From: Nitrospirota bacterium
GTDB taxonomy: Bacteria > Nitrospirota > UBA9217
DNA: 64,000 nucleotides
Reading direction: 5' to 3'
NCBI GenBank assembly: GCA_963741205.1
Contig: CAVUHW010000015.1
Coordinates: 32,001 to 96,000, forward strand
Made by a program: the position numbers and the translations under genes
Notes under the pieces: model-generated
Databases searched by the model: none
What the model was told of the DNA's origin: nothing
What the model saw: only the letters and a program-made list of their open reading frames with translations
Shown here: in pieces, positions 30,838 through 40,892 of the stretch
How positions within the stretch are numbered: the first letter of the stretch is position 1
Layout: every line of letters starts with the position of its first letter

Positions 30838-30971
30838 AATTTCGGATTGCACCCTGCACTCGCGTTACCACTCGTAAGCGCTGGGCACAGGCGGAATGCG
30901 GATTGCCGGTTCAGAAAGGCAGCGCCGAATATGCTTTTCCAATCCGAAATCCGAAATCAGTAATCCGCAAT
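30838..30971. repeat. Heptamer palindromic element (TGCGGAA/AATCCGM) containing copy 2 of the 54-bp repeat
   Basis: ttcggattgc[accctgcac..ggcacag]gcggaatgcggatt ... aatccgaaatccgaaatcagtaatccgcaat. Confidence 0.85.
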
Positions 30972-30981
30972 GAGGTAATTC

Positions 30982-33900
30982 ATGCTAGCCAGAATCATCG
31001 AGCTTTCAGCGCGCAATAAATTTCTTGTCTTTCTCCTCGTGGGCTTTCTCACGCTCTGGGGGGTCTGGGCGCTTTACCATACGCCGCTCGACGCCATCCC
31101 CGACCTTTCCGACGTCCAGGTGATCGTGTTCACCGAGTGGCCGGGACGGAGCCCGGACCTGGTCGAGGACCAGATCACCTATCCCATCGTCTCGACCCTG
31201 CTTGCGGCCCCCCGGGTGCGCGCGGTGCGCGGCAAGTCCTTCCTCGGCATCTCGTTCGTGTACGCCATCTTCGAGGACGGAACGGACATCTACTGGGCCA
31301 GGAGCCGCGTGCTCGAATACCTCCAGGGCGTTCAGGGAAAACTTCCCGCCGGCGTTACGCCGCAACTCGGGCCGGATGCCACCGGCGTGGGCTGGGGCTT
31401 TCAGTACGCGCTGGTCGATGAAAGCGGCGCGCACGATCTGGCCCAGCTCCGCTCCCTGCAGGACTGGACCCTCAAGTATGCCTTCGAATCGGTGCCGGGC
31501 GTATCGCAGGTTGCCTCCGTGGGCGGGTTCGTGAAGCAGTACCAGATCACCGTCGATCCGAACAGGCTCAACGTGTATAAACTGCCGCTCATGAAGATCA
31601 TGGAGGCGGTCAGGAGGAGCAACCGGGACGTGGAGGGCCGGGTCGTGGAGTGGTCCGGCAGGGAGTACATGGTCCGCGGCCGCGGATATATCAAGGACCG
31701 GACGGACATTGAGAAGATCGCCGTGGGCACCGACGGCAGGGGGACCCCCATTCTCATCCGCGATATAGCCTCGGTCCAATTGGGCCCCGAGATCCGGCGC
31801 GGCGCTGCGGACCTGGACGGCAAAGGTGAGACCGTGGGCGGCATCGTGGTCGTCCGCTTCGGCGAGAACGTGCTCGACGTGATCGAACGGGTGAAGGCGA
31901 AGATCGACGAGATCCGGCCGTCCCTGCCCGAAGGCGTCAAGATCGTCACCACCTACGACCGGTCCGAGCTGATCCGCCGCTCCGTCGACACGCTCCGCGA
32001 AGAGGTGATCAAGCTGGGGCTTGCCGTAAGCGTGGTCTGCATCGTGTTCCTCTTTCATCTTCCGAGCGCCTTCGTCGTGATCGTCACGCTGCCGGTTGCG
32101 ATCCTCATCTCCTTCGTCTGCATGTACTATCTCAGGATCAGCTCGAACATCATGAGTCTCTCCGGCATCGCGATCGCCATCGGCGCCATGGTGGACGCCT
32201 CGATCATCATGGTCGAGAACGCCCACAAAAAGCTGGAAGACTGGGAAAAGGGAGGCATGGTCCACGGCTCCCGCGTGGACGTGATCATCAATGCGGCCCA
32301 GGAGGTGGGGCCGTCGCTCTTCTTCTCGCTTCTCGTGATCACCGTCGGGTTTCTTCCGGTCTTCACGCTTGAGGAGCAGGCGGGACGGCTGTTCAAGCCC
32401 CTCGCGTATACGAAGACCTTTTCCATGCTGTTCGCGAGTTTTCTCGCGATCACGCTGACGCCGGTCCTGATGACGCTGTTCATCAAGGGAAAGATCAGGC
32501 ACGAGGACAGGAACCCGCTCAGCCGCTTTCTCGCGGCGCTCTATCACCCCGTCGCCGAGTTCGCGCTCCGCTTCCGGAAGGTCGTGATTATCGCGGCGGT
32601 CCTCGTCGTCCTGGTCACGGCGTATCCCTTTTCGAAACTGGGTTCCGAGTTCATGCCGCCCCTGTATGAAGGAACGCTCCTGTTCATGCCGTCGGCCCTG
32701 CCCGCGGCCTCCATCACGACCATGAGCGAGGTCCTCCAGGCCGAGGACCGGATCATGAAGCAGTTCCCTGAAGTGGACCGCGTCTTCGGCAAGGCGGGCA
32801 GGGCAGAAACGCCGACCGACCCGGCGCCGCTCGAAATGGTCGAGACGACCGTGACCTTGAAGCCCATGAGTCAGTGGCGGCCGCAGTTCAAAAAAGTGGA
32901 GGACCTGCGCGATGAGATGGACACCGCCCTCTCCATGCCCGGCGTGGCCAACACCTGGACCATGCCGATCATCGGCAGGATCGACATGCTCTCGACGGGC
33001 ATCAGGACCCCGCTGGGGATCAAGATCTTCGGCCCGCATCTGGACGAGATCGAACGCATCGGACTCGATCTTGAGAAGGCCCTGCGCGAGGTGCCCGGTA
33101 CGCGCAGCGTCTATGCCGAGCGTGCGAACACGGGGTATTTTCTGGATTTCACGATCAATCGCGATGAGATCGCGCGCTACGGGCTCAGGATCGAGGACGT
33201 TCAGGAAGTGATCGAGTCCGCCATCGGCGGCATGAACATGACGACGACGGTCGAGGGACGGGAGCGCTATCCGGTAAACATCCGTTACGGCCGGGAGCTC
33301 CGCGACGATATCGAAAAGCTGAAGCGCGTGCTGGTGCCGGTCATGGACAATGCCCAGGTGCCGCTGGGACAGCTTGCCGACATTCGCGTGACCCGGGGTC
33401 CCGGCATGATCCAGAGCGAAGGCGGCAGGCTCACGGCAGCGGTCACGCTGTCGATATCGGGGAGCGACTTCGGCGGCTACGTGGAGCAGGCAAAGAAAGC
33501 GATTGCCGGGAAGGTGAAGATCCCGACAGGCTACCGGCTCCAGTGGAGCGGGCAGTACGAGTACATGGAGAACGTCAAGGCCAAGCTCTTCTACGTCATC
33601 CCGCTTACGCTTCTCCTTATCATCGTGCTGATCTATCTCAATACGGAGTCGTGGCTCAAGACGGCGATCGTGCTCCTCGCCGTCCCGTTCTCGCTGGTCG
33701 GCACGGTCTGGCTCCTGTACCTGCTCGGCTACCATATGAGCACCGCGGTCTGGGTCGGCGTGATCGCCCTCGCGGGCCTTGACGCCGAGACCGGCATCGT
33801 GATGCTCCTCTACCTCGACCTTTCGTACAACCGGTGGCACCAGGAGGGCAGGATCAACTCGCTCAGGGACATCGAGGATTCCGTAATGGAAGGCGCGGTC

Positions 33901-34122
33901 AAGCGCATCAGGCCCAAGATCATGACGGTGTCCGTGATCCTCGCCGGCCTGGTGCCGATCATGTTTTCTTCGGGAACGGGCGCGGACGTGATGAAACGGA
34001 TCGCCGCGCCCATGGTCGGCGGCGTCGTCACCTCGACGATCCTGGAACTGGTCATCTACCCCGCGATCTATGTGATCTGGAAGGAACGGGAGCTGCACAA
34101 GACCGGACCGCGGGGGGCGTGA
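30982..34122 (+). CDS. cusA: CusA/SilA family Cu(I)/Ag(I) RND efflux pump
   Basis: 'LDAIPDLSDVQVI', 'LGPDATGVGW'; Met-triad context 'LLFMP', 'PAPLEMVET', 'RIDMLSTG'. Confidence 0.93.
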   Translation: MLARIIELSARNKFLVFLLVGFLTLWGVWALYHTPLDAIPDLSDVQVIVFTEWPGRSPDLVEDQITYPIVSTLLAAPRVRAVRGKSFLGISFVYAIFEDGTDIYWARSRVLEYLQGVQGKLPAGVTPQLGPDATGVGWGFQYALVDESGAHDLAQLRSLQDWTLKYAFESVPGVSQVASVGGFVKQYQITVDPNRLNVYKLPLMKIMEAVRRSNRDVEGRVVEWSGREYMVRGRGYIKDRTDIEKIAVGTDGRGTPILIRDIASVQLGPEIRRGAADLDGKGETVGGIVVVRFGENVLDVIERVKAKIDEIRPSLPEGVKIVTTYDRSELIRRSVDTLREEVIKLGLAVSVVCIVFLFHLPSAFVVIVTLPVAILISFVCMYYLRISSNIMSLSGIAIAIGAMVDASIIMVENAHKKLEDWEKGGMVHGSRVDVIINAAQEVGPSLFFSLLVITVGFLPVFTLEEQAGRLFKPLAYTKTFSMLFASFLAITLTPVLMTLFIKGKIRHEDRNPLSRFLAALYHPVAEFALRFRKVVIIAAVLVVLVTAYPFSKLGSEFMPPLYEGTLLFMPSALPAASITTMSEVLQAEDRIMKQFPEVDRVFGKAGRAETPTDPAPLEMVETTVTLKPMSQWRPQFKKVEDLRDEMDTALSMPGVANTWTMPIIGRIDMLSTGIRTPLGIKIFGPHLDEIERIGLDLEKALREVPGTRSVYAERANTGYFLDFTINRDEIARYGLRIEDVQEVIESAIGGMNMTTTVEGRERYPVNIRYGRELRDDIEKLKRVLVPVMDNAQVPLGQLADIRVTRGPGMIQSEGGRLTAAVTLSISGSDFGGYVEQAKKAIAGKVKIPTGYRLQWSGQYEYMENVKAKLFYVIPLTLLLIIVLIYLNTESWLKTAIVLLAVPFSLVGTVWLLYLLGYHMSTAVWVGVIALAGLDAETGIVMLLYLDLSYNRWHQEGRINSLRDIEDSVMEGAVKRIRPKIMTVSVILAGLVPIMFSSGTGADVMKRIAAPMVGGVVTSTILELVIYPAIYVIWKERELHKTGPRGA

Positions 34123-34168
34123 GGGAGAAGGGTGCCGTGCCCCGCCGCAGTTCAGGTCCAACCGCCAT

Positions 34169-35020
34169 ATGCGCAAAGCAGAACTGAAAAAGATCCTCAA
34201 GACCATCGATGACGAAATGACCAGGGAGCAGGTCCCCGTCGAAGGCCGGCAGACGCACGCCTTATTGCGCCTGTCCCAGCGCCTAAAGACGAAGATAGCC
34301 TCACATCCCGACGACGAACTGTATACGTTCGTCATATCCTGGTACGAGAAGAAATACGGGGGCAAGGTGAAGGCGGCCGGAACGATCGGCGTCATGGCCA
34401 TCCTTATCCGGGGTGAGCTCTATAAGATGACGATACCGCTGCTTCGCGGCCATGCCCAAATCGTCGTGGATCCGAATGTCGATACGCGAAAGAGGGTGCA
34501 GAAAAGCACGGCCCCGGACCCTGACGTGGTCTACGTGCTGAACTGCATCGAGACGCTGACGCTTGAGCACGCCAGGAAATTATCTTCCCTCGAACTCAAG
34601 GAGTTGATGCTCTATTTCAGCTGGGGCCTGGGCGCCTTTCAATCGATCAACCTGTTCTCCGGCAGGCCTGTTACCCGGGAAGCCCTGGAAGACCTGCGAA
34701 GAGCCGTCGATCACCTGTTTGGAAAGCCCCGGGCATGCGGAAAATCAAAATGGGCAAGCCTTCAGGCAACGGAGAAATTCGTCAAAGGATATATTGCGGA
34801 GAGGGGCGGCGTCGCGGACAAACAGCATGGTCTCCCGGAGCTTGTCGCGGATGCGTACGGCCTGGGTCTTCGTCCCCTGAATCCCGATAACATACAGATA
34901 CTGCTGTGCGATCCGGGAGTCCGCTCCGGCGAATCGGCCGTCACGGTCGAGGAGGCCGTGGAGGCGCACCACGCATCGATCGATATCTGCGCAAATGTAG
35001 CGAGCAGCGCCAGGCGGTAG
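34169..35020 (+). CDS. Hypothetical protein with a possible C-terminal HEPN-like domain
   Basis: 'SKWASLQATEKFVKGYI..KQHGLPEL' resembles the HEPN pattern QxxEKxxK...H-L. Confidence 0.55.
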   Translation: MRKAELKKILKTIDDEMTREQVPVEGRQTHALLRLSQRLKTKIASHPDDELYTFVISWYEKKYGGKVKAAGTIGVMAILIRGELYKMTIPLLRGHAQIVVDPNVDTRKRVQKSTAPDPDVVYVLNCIETLTLEHARKLSSLELKELMLYFSWGLGAFQSINLFSGRPVTREALEDLRRAVDHLFGKPRACGKSKWASLQATEKFVKGYIAERGGVADKQHGLPELVADAYGLGLRPLNPDNIQILLCDPGVRSGESAVTVEEAVEAHHASIDICANVASSARR

Positions 35021-35113
35021 TCCTGTTTTTGACCTTCCCGTTGTTTCCCTTGCCACGACCCGAAAATTCGGCTACAGTTACCGTATCGTCCTCATTGAAC
35101 CTGAAAACGGTAG

Positions 35114-35254
35114 TTGGACGCGGATCATCGCAGATTTACGCAGATAAAACCAGTCAGCACGATTGAAAATCCAATCACCGTTTGTGCAAAGTTTTTTATT
35201 ACGAAAAGATGTTTTTGTTTTCATCCGCGTTTATCCGATTTTATCTGCGTCCAA
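35114..35254. repeat. Palindromic element with TTGGACGC...GCGTCCAA termini (second copy)
   Basis: ttggacgcggatcatcgcagatttacgcagat ... atccgcgtttatccgattttatctgcgtccaa. Confidence 0.8.
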
Positions 35255-35292
35255 ATGCTCTTCATGGGTTGTAGGACCCGCAAAGGGGGGAC

Positions 35293-38000
35293 ATGATGAC
35301 CAAGAAGATACCGCCAAACAGGCTCCTTATCATCGCCCTCATTGCCGCGTTCCTCCTTCTGGCCGGCTCGCGCGAGTTCATCGCCTACCTGGCGGACTGG
35401 CTCTTTTTCCGCGAGGTCGGTTACAGCGCGGTCTTCACCAAGACCTTCCTGGCAAAGCTCCTGACCGGGCTCGCGTTCGGCGCAACCGCTTTTCTCATGC
35501 TCTTCATCAACCTCGGCCTTGCGCGCAGGCGCACGTTCCCGCTCGCGGGCCTGAATCCCCTGTGGGAGCAGGTGCCGCAGCTGCAGCGCCTCGACCTGAA
35601 CCGGCTCGTCGAATGGATCTCGTTCGCCGTGGCGCTCGTCGCTTTCGTGCTCGCCTTCCCCATCGGCGCGCAGTACTGGGAGCAGGCGCTCCTTTTCCTG
35701 AACAGCCGGCCGGCCGGTCTTGTCGATCCGCTCTTCGGGAAGGACATCTCGTTCTTTCTCTTCCAATATCCCTTCATCGACGCCGTGAACACGCTGGTGC
35801 GCGGCCTGATCGTGATTTCCGCGCTTCTGACGGCTGCTGGTCTATCTTCATCCGGGGCGGCATCGTGCTCATGGGAAAGCTCTTCACGATAGAACGCGTC
35901 GTGAAACTCCACCTCGGCGTCCTGGCGTCGCTCTTTCTCGCTGAGCCTCTCGTTCAGCTTTTTCCTCGACCGCTACGGCCTGCTCCTGACCGAGCACGGC
36001 GTTCTGTACGGCGCCTCGTACACCGACGCGCACGTCCGCCTGTTGATGCTCTCGGTCATGGCGGCGCTGACGGCCGCCGCGGCGGTCGATCGTACCCATC
36101 TCTGCGGCGAGACGATCCCTTCTGGTGCCGCTTCTCACGCTCGTGGCGCTCGTCGGCCGCTGTACGTCCTGGGGCTGAAGGTCTATCCCCAGGCGATCCA
36201 GAGCTTCCAGGTCTCGCCGAACGAGAGCGTGCTCGAGAAGCCCTACATCGCGGACCATATCCGGTTCACCCGGTACGGCTACGGCCTGGAGAACATGGAA
36301 CTCCAGCCCTTTGCCGCGAACAAAGAGCTCTCCTTCGCCGATATCAGAAAGAACCTGTCCACGATCCAGAACATCCGGCTCTGGGACGAGGAGCCGCTGC
36401 TCAAGACCTACAGCCAGCTGCAGCAGATCAGGACCTACTACCATTTCAACGACGTGGACAACGACCGCTATACGGTGAACGGCAATTATCTCCAGGTCAT
36501 GCTGTCCCCGCGGGAGCTGTCCTACGCCGACCTGCCGAACAAGTCGTGGATCAACGAGCGGCTCGTCTTTACGCACGGCTTCGGCCTGGCCCTGGGGCCG
36601 GTGAGCGGCATTACGAAGGAAGGCCTGCCGGAGTTTTATGTCAAGGACATCCCGCCCGTCACCAGCGCGGGGCCCAAGGTGACCCGCCCCGAGATCTACT
36701 ACGGCGAAAGCCCGAACGACTACGTGATCGTGAACACCAAGACAAGGGAGTTCAGCTATCCCACGACGAACGAGAACGTCTATACCGACTACTCGGGACG
36801 AGGGGGCGTCCGGCTTCAGTCGTTCCTGACGCGGCTCCTCTATGCAGCCTGGTTCGGGAACTTCAAAATCTTCCTTTCGAGCGACGTGACCGACGAAAGC
36901 CGGATCCTCTATAACCGCAGGATCATGAAACGGGTGTCTGAAATCGCGCCGTTCCTGTCCTTTGATCCCGATCCGTACCTGGTCGTGGGCGACGACGGCA
37001 GGTTGTCCTGGATCATCGACGCCTACACGCATTCGCGACAACCTTCCTTATTCGAAGCCTCTCGCGGGAGGGACCAATTATATCCGCAACTCCGTCAAGG
37101 TCGGTCGTCGACGCCTATGACGGCAGCGTCCTGTTCTACGTCGTGGACCAGAAGGACATCCTGGCGAAGACCTATGCGGCTATCTTCCCGACGCTCTTCA
37201 GGCCGGTCGCGCGAAATGCCGCGCGGACCTCCGGAGGCATCATCCGCTATCCCCGGGCGCTGCTCCAGATCCAGGCGCGGATGTTCAGCACCTTCCACAT
37301 GACCGATCCCTCGGTGTTCTACAACAAGGAAGACCTCTGGGAGATCCCGTCGTACCGCCAAAAGACCATGGACCCCTATTACCTCATCACGAAGCTCCCC
37401 GGCCATTCGGAGGAAGAGTTCATCCTGCTGTTGCCCTTCACGCCGTCGAAGCGGGACAACCTGGCCGCCTGGATGGCGGCGCGGTGCGACGGTGAGAACT
37501 ACGGCAAGGTCATCGTGTACACCTTCCCGCGGGACCGGCTGGTCTTCGGGCCGCGCCAGATCGACGCGCGCATCGACCAGGACGCCTACATCTCGCAGCA
37601 GCTCACGCTCTGGGGCCAGCACGGCTCCGACGTGATCCGGGGGAGCCTCCTGATCATCCCCATCGAGGACTCGCTCATCTACGTGCAGCCGCTGTATCTC
37701 GTGGCCACGGACAAGGGCGGCCTGCCGGAGCTTCGCAGGGTCATCGTCGCCTACGGGAACAACGTGGTCATGGAAGAGACGCTCGAGGCCGCGATCCAGC
37801 GGCTGTTCACCGGCTCGCTGCCGAGCATGCGGATGATGGAGGGCAAGGCGCCGAGCGCTGTTAAGCCGGCGCGGGAACTGGGCTCCCGGGCGCTGGAGCA
37901 GCTCAGGAAGGCGCGGGAGGCGCTCCGGAAAGAGGACTGGGCCGGGTACGGGAAATACCTGAAAGAGCTGGAAGACACGCTTCGGGAGATGACGAAGTGA
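35293..38000 (+). CDS. UPF0182 family membrane protein, frameshifted
   Basis: 'DPLFGKDISFFLF', 'NIRLWD', 'WINERLVFTHG', 'DPDPYLV', 'WIIDAYT', 'YVQPLY'. Confidence 0.9.
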
Positions 38001-38032
38001 GGACGCGTTTGTGTTATGACTCTTCTGAAAAT

Positions 38033-38143
38033 TCCCCTCACCCCAGCCCTCTCCCGCCCCCGATAGGATCATTCGAGGGCAGGCTCCGGGGAGAGGGAGC
38101 AAGCCGTAGCCCCTCCCTCGATGGGAGGGGTTGGGGAGGGTGA
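38033..38143. repeat. CCCTCTCCC/GGGAGAGGG palindromic element with a nested module
   Basis: ccctcaccccagccctctccc[gcccccgataggatcattcgagggcaggctcc]ggggagaggg..cctccctcgatgggagggg..agggtga; same family as 52212-52297. Confidence 0.8.
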
Positions 38144-38199
38144 TGAGCAGATAGCTGATAAAAGAACTATTTTCATACTCCCTCAAGGAGGAAAGGCTA

Positions 38200-38493
38200 A
38201 TGGATAAAACGCTCCAGGCGAAATTCAGCGATTCATGGAACAAATACTTTAACGCCGCCGAGCTTCCCCTGGCCTTTTACTACACCGAAGACGCAGGCAA
38301 CGCGGAACGGGTCCCTGCGCCTTCGGCCCATATGTGCATGATCGGGGTTTTGGCAAGGGCAAGGAAGGGAGCTACTCTCTGTTTCGAGTCCGGCACAATC
38401 GGATGCGCAGGCGGCAGAAGATATACCGGTTTCAGCGATGAATTGAGGCAGGGGTTCGAATATCGCAACATCGTCAATGATATTTATCGCTGA
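38200..38493 (+). pseudogene. Truncated DUF169-like protein (N-terminal part only)
   Basis: 'ELPLAFYY..HMCMIG..ARKG..IGCAGGRRYTGF', then an early stop. Confidence 0.6.
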
Positions 38494-38641
38494 TCAAGAT
38501 GCAGATTCTATCTCCTAGCCCAGAGCTCATGAGAAATTCGTTAGCTTATTCTAAGTCGTCGACCTCTGTGCTCTCTGTGTGCTCTGTGGCAAATCTAGAC
38601 TTATTTCAATTTCATCAAAGCTACCGAACGAGGTAAATGCC

Positions 38642-39220
38642 ATGGGATTTTTTCGAAGCCCGTTTCACAGGGAGGACCGCGTCTGCCCGTGGTGGCTGGC
38701 GTGGACGTTCGACAATCCCCTCCGCCGTTTTTTCCAGGAGCCTGAAAAAATCGTCGGCCCCTTCCTTCGGGAGGGAATGACGGTCGCCGATATCGGGTGC
38801 GGAATGGGGTACTTCACGATCGCCATGGCGAAAATGATGGGCGGGAACGGAACGGTCATTGCCGTGGATATCCAGCAAAAGATGCTTGACCTCACGCGGA
38901 AGCGGGCGGAGAGGGCCGGCGTGGCAGACCGCATCCGACCTCTTCGCGCCTCAGAGGACGACATCGGCATCAGGGAGCCTGTTGACTTTGTCCTGGCCTT
39001 CTGGATGGTGCACGAGGTCAAGGACATCCCCCGGTTCTTCAGACAGGTATCGTCCGTCTTGAAAGAAGGAGGAAAGGTCCTGTACGCGGAACCGCTTTTC
39101 CACGTGACGGAGCGGCGGTTTCGGGAGATCCTCGCTCTCGCGCGGGCCGCGGGCCTTCGGATCGGCGACGCCCCTCACATCGCTTTAAGCCGCGCGGCGC
39201 TTTTGTCGAAGACGGGTTAG
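38642..39220 (+). CDS. Class I SAM-dependent methyltransferase
   Basis: 'VADIGCGMGYF', 'IAVDIQ', 'FWMVHEV'. Confidence 0.9.
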   Translation: MGFFRSPFHREDRVCPWWLAWTFDNPLRRFFQEPEKIVGPFLREGMTVADIGCGMGYFTIAMAKMMGGNGTVIAVDIQQKMLDLTRKRAERAGVADRIRPLRASEDDIGIREPVDFVLAFWMVHEVKDIPRFFRQVSSVLKEGGKVLYAEPLFHVTERRFREILALARAAGLRIGDAPHIALSRAALLSKTG

Positions 39221-39273
39221 ACTGGAGCGACGCCTGCATATCCGGAGATATTATTACTTCAACTATACTGTTT

Positions 39274-39380
39274 TGTCGATTCCCGAAACTGCTATCTATC
39301 GGGAATCCAGGTTCTTCAAGCTACAAAGCGAAAATCAAAACTCTACTGGATTCCTGGCTATGTGTCATGCCGGAATGACG
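39274..39380. repeat. REP-like element (GGGAATCCAG/CTGGATTCC, GGAATGAC end)
   Basis: gattcccgaaac..atcgggaatccagg ... ctggattcctggc..gccggaatgacgg. Confidence 0.7.
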
Positions 39381-39427
39381 GTTAAGGGTGTTATAACAGA
39401 TAGCAGTCCCTTGATAAGGAGTTTACC

Positions 39428-40066
39428 ATGATCATCAAAGCCCTCAACATCGGTCTTCCGAAAAAGGAAATCTTCCACGGAAAGACATTCATCACCGGCA
39501 TGTGCAAGAAACCGGTCAACGGCCCGCTCCTGCTCACGAGGCAGGGGTTCGAAGGGGACGGAGTAGGCGACCGCAAGCACCACGGCGGGACCGACAAGGC
39601 CGTCTGCGTATATAGCCTCGACCATTACGCTCACTGGGAAAAAGTCCTCGGGATACCGATGCCGGAAGCGGCGTTCGGAGAAAACTTTTCCGTAATGGGC
39701 CTTCAAGAGGGCGATATCCATATCGGCGATATCTTCAAGGCCGGCTCCGCCCTGGTGCAGGTAAGCCAGCCGCGCCAGCCGTGCTCGACGCTTGCCGCCC
39801 GGTACGGCAGGAGCGACTTCGTGAAGGTCGTCTCGGATTCAGGACGCACGGGTTTCTATTTCAAGGCGCTCGAGGAGGGAAGGGTGAAGGCCGGAGACGG
39901 CCTCGATCTGGTTGAACAGGACAGCCGTCAGGTCTCAGTCTCCTTTGCCAATCATATCTGGTATCATGACCGGAAAAACCGCGAGGCTATCGAAAAGGTC
40001 CTCTCCGTGCCCGCCCTTTCGGAAGCGTGGCGGAAGTCGTTTTCGGAGTTAAAGGAAAAAGCGTGA
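39428..40066 (+). CDS. MOSC domain protein (YiiM-like)
   Basis: 'GDRKHHGGTDKAV', 'FGENF', 'VSQPRQPC', 'GRTGFY'. Confidence 0.92.
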   Translation: MIIKALNIGLPKKEIFHGKTFITGMCKKPVNGPLLLTRQGFEGDGVGDRKHHGGTDKAVCVYSLDHYAHWEKVLGIPMPEAAFGENFSVMGLQEGDIHIGDIFKAGSALVQVSQPRQPCSTLAARYGRSDFVKVVSDSGRTGFYFKALEEGRVKAGDGLDLVEQDSRQVSVSFANHIWYHDRKNREAIEKVLSVPALSEAWRKSFSELKEKA

Positions 40067-40090
40067 CGATTTTTCTGCCTTGAGGGATTT

Positions 40091-40321
40091 ATGAAAAAGA
40101 ACATTCTCTTTATCGTTGCTGCCGCCGCGGTCCTGCTCTTTCTCTTCTTTCTTTCCTCAAGAAATAAAGTGCCTTTCCTCCCGGCTGATGATCTGCACAA
40201 GATCGTAACAACGAACGAAGCATGCGAGGACTGCCATGCCCCCGGCAAACGCGCACCCCTGAAAGAGGGACACCCTCCGAAGGAACAGTGCCTGGTCTGC
40301 CACAAAGCGCAGAAACGATAG
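40091..40321 (+). CDS. Small membrane-anchored diheme cytochrome c
   Basis: N-terminal TM or signal segment; CEDCH and CLVCH. Confidence 0.8.
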   Translation: MKKNILFIVAAAAVLLFLFFLSSRNKVPFLPADDLHKIVTTNEACEDCHAPGKRAPLKEGHPPKEQCLVCHKAQKR

Positions 40322-40578
40322 GGTCATAACTTCCCTGATCTGGGCATGACTGAATCAATTATTCCACGAAGTCGCGAAGGAAAGTTAAGATTCATGAATT
40401 CCAGCTATAAGCGGCCAATTCCGGTACTCTTCATCACCCAGACTTGAGTATCCAGACCCCTCCTGTCCTCATTTTCCATGATGTCCGCATAGGTCGCGGG
40501 GTTTTAAATCATCATTTTTTTTCACCGTGGTTTCATGCCCCTGGGACGTGCCTTTTTTCATAAAACCTCCGTCAAATA

Positions 40579-40633
40579 TGACTAAATATGGTATGAGAAT
40601 CGTCTTGACAGCACAAGATGTTGTGGGTATACT
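40579..40633 (+). promoter_or_regulatory. Tandem NrdR boxes overlapping a sigma70 promoter
   Basis: TGACTAAATATGGTAT (40579) and GCACAAGATGTTGTGG (40611), 32 bp apart. TTGACA (40605)-17 bp-TATACT (40628). Confidence 0.85.
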
Positions 40634-40892
40634 TCCTAACAGTTTTTGCATCTGCATAACCATTTTCTTCTGGCATTATGCTTTTCCAGGCATCACGCAA
40701 AAAACCTCAATAGGCTTCATCCAAGAGAACCACATCATAGGCAGGGCCATATGAGAACGTCGGCAAAATCCTGTTTTATTCATCTGGCAAGTCAGTCGCG
40801 CAAGTTGTAATATTAACGCCGGGGCGGTCATCATGCCGCCCCGGCTTTGATTTCAATTCATAATTTTTTTATCGTCTAGGGAGGGGAATCGT

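Noticed and set aside
31006-34401. 1131-aa antisense ORF and many other long shadow ORFs
   Set aside because: They mirror real GC-rich genes on the opposite strand and show no recognisable motifs.
40785-40801. Sigma54 promoter (TGGCAA-N5-TCGC)
   Set aside because: A weak match; the NrdR-overlapped sigma70 promoter explains nrdJ expression better.
40640-40890. Cobalamin riboswitch upstream of nrdJ
   Set aside because: I could not find the B12-box or GGGAA/GCCACTG motifs.
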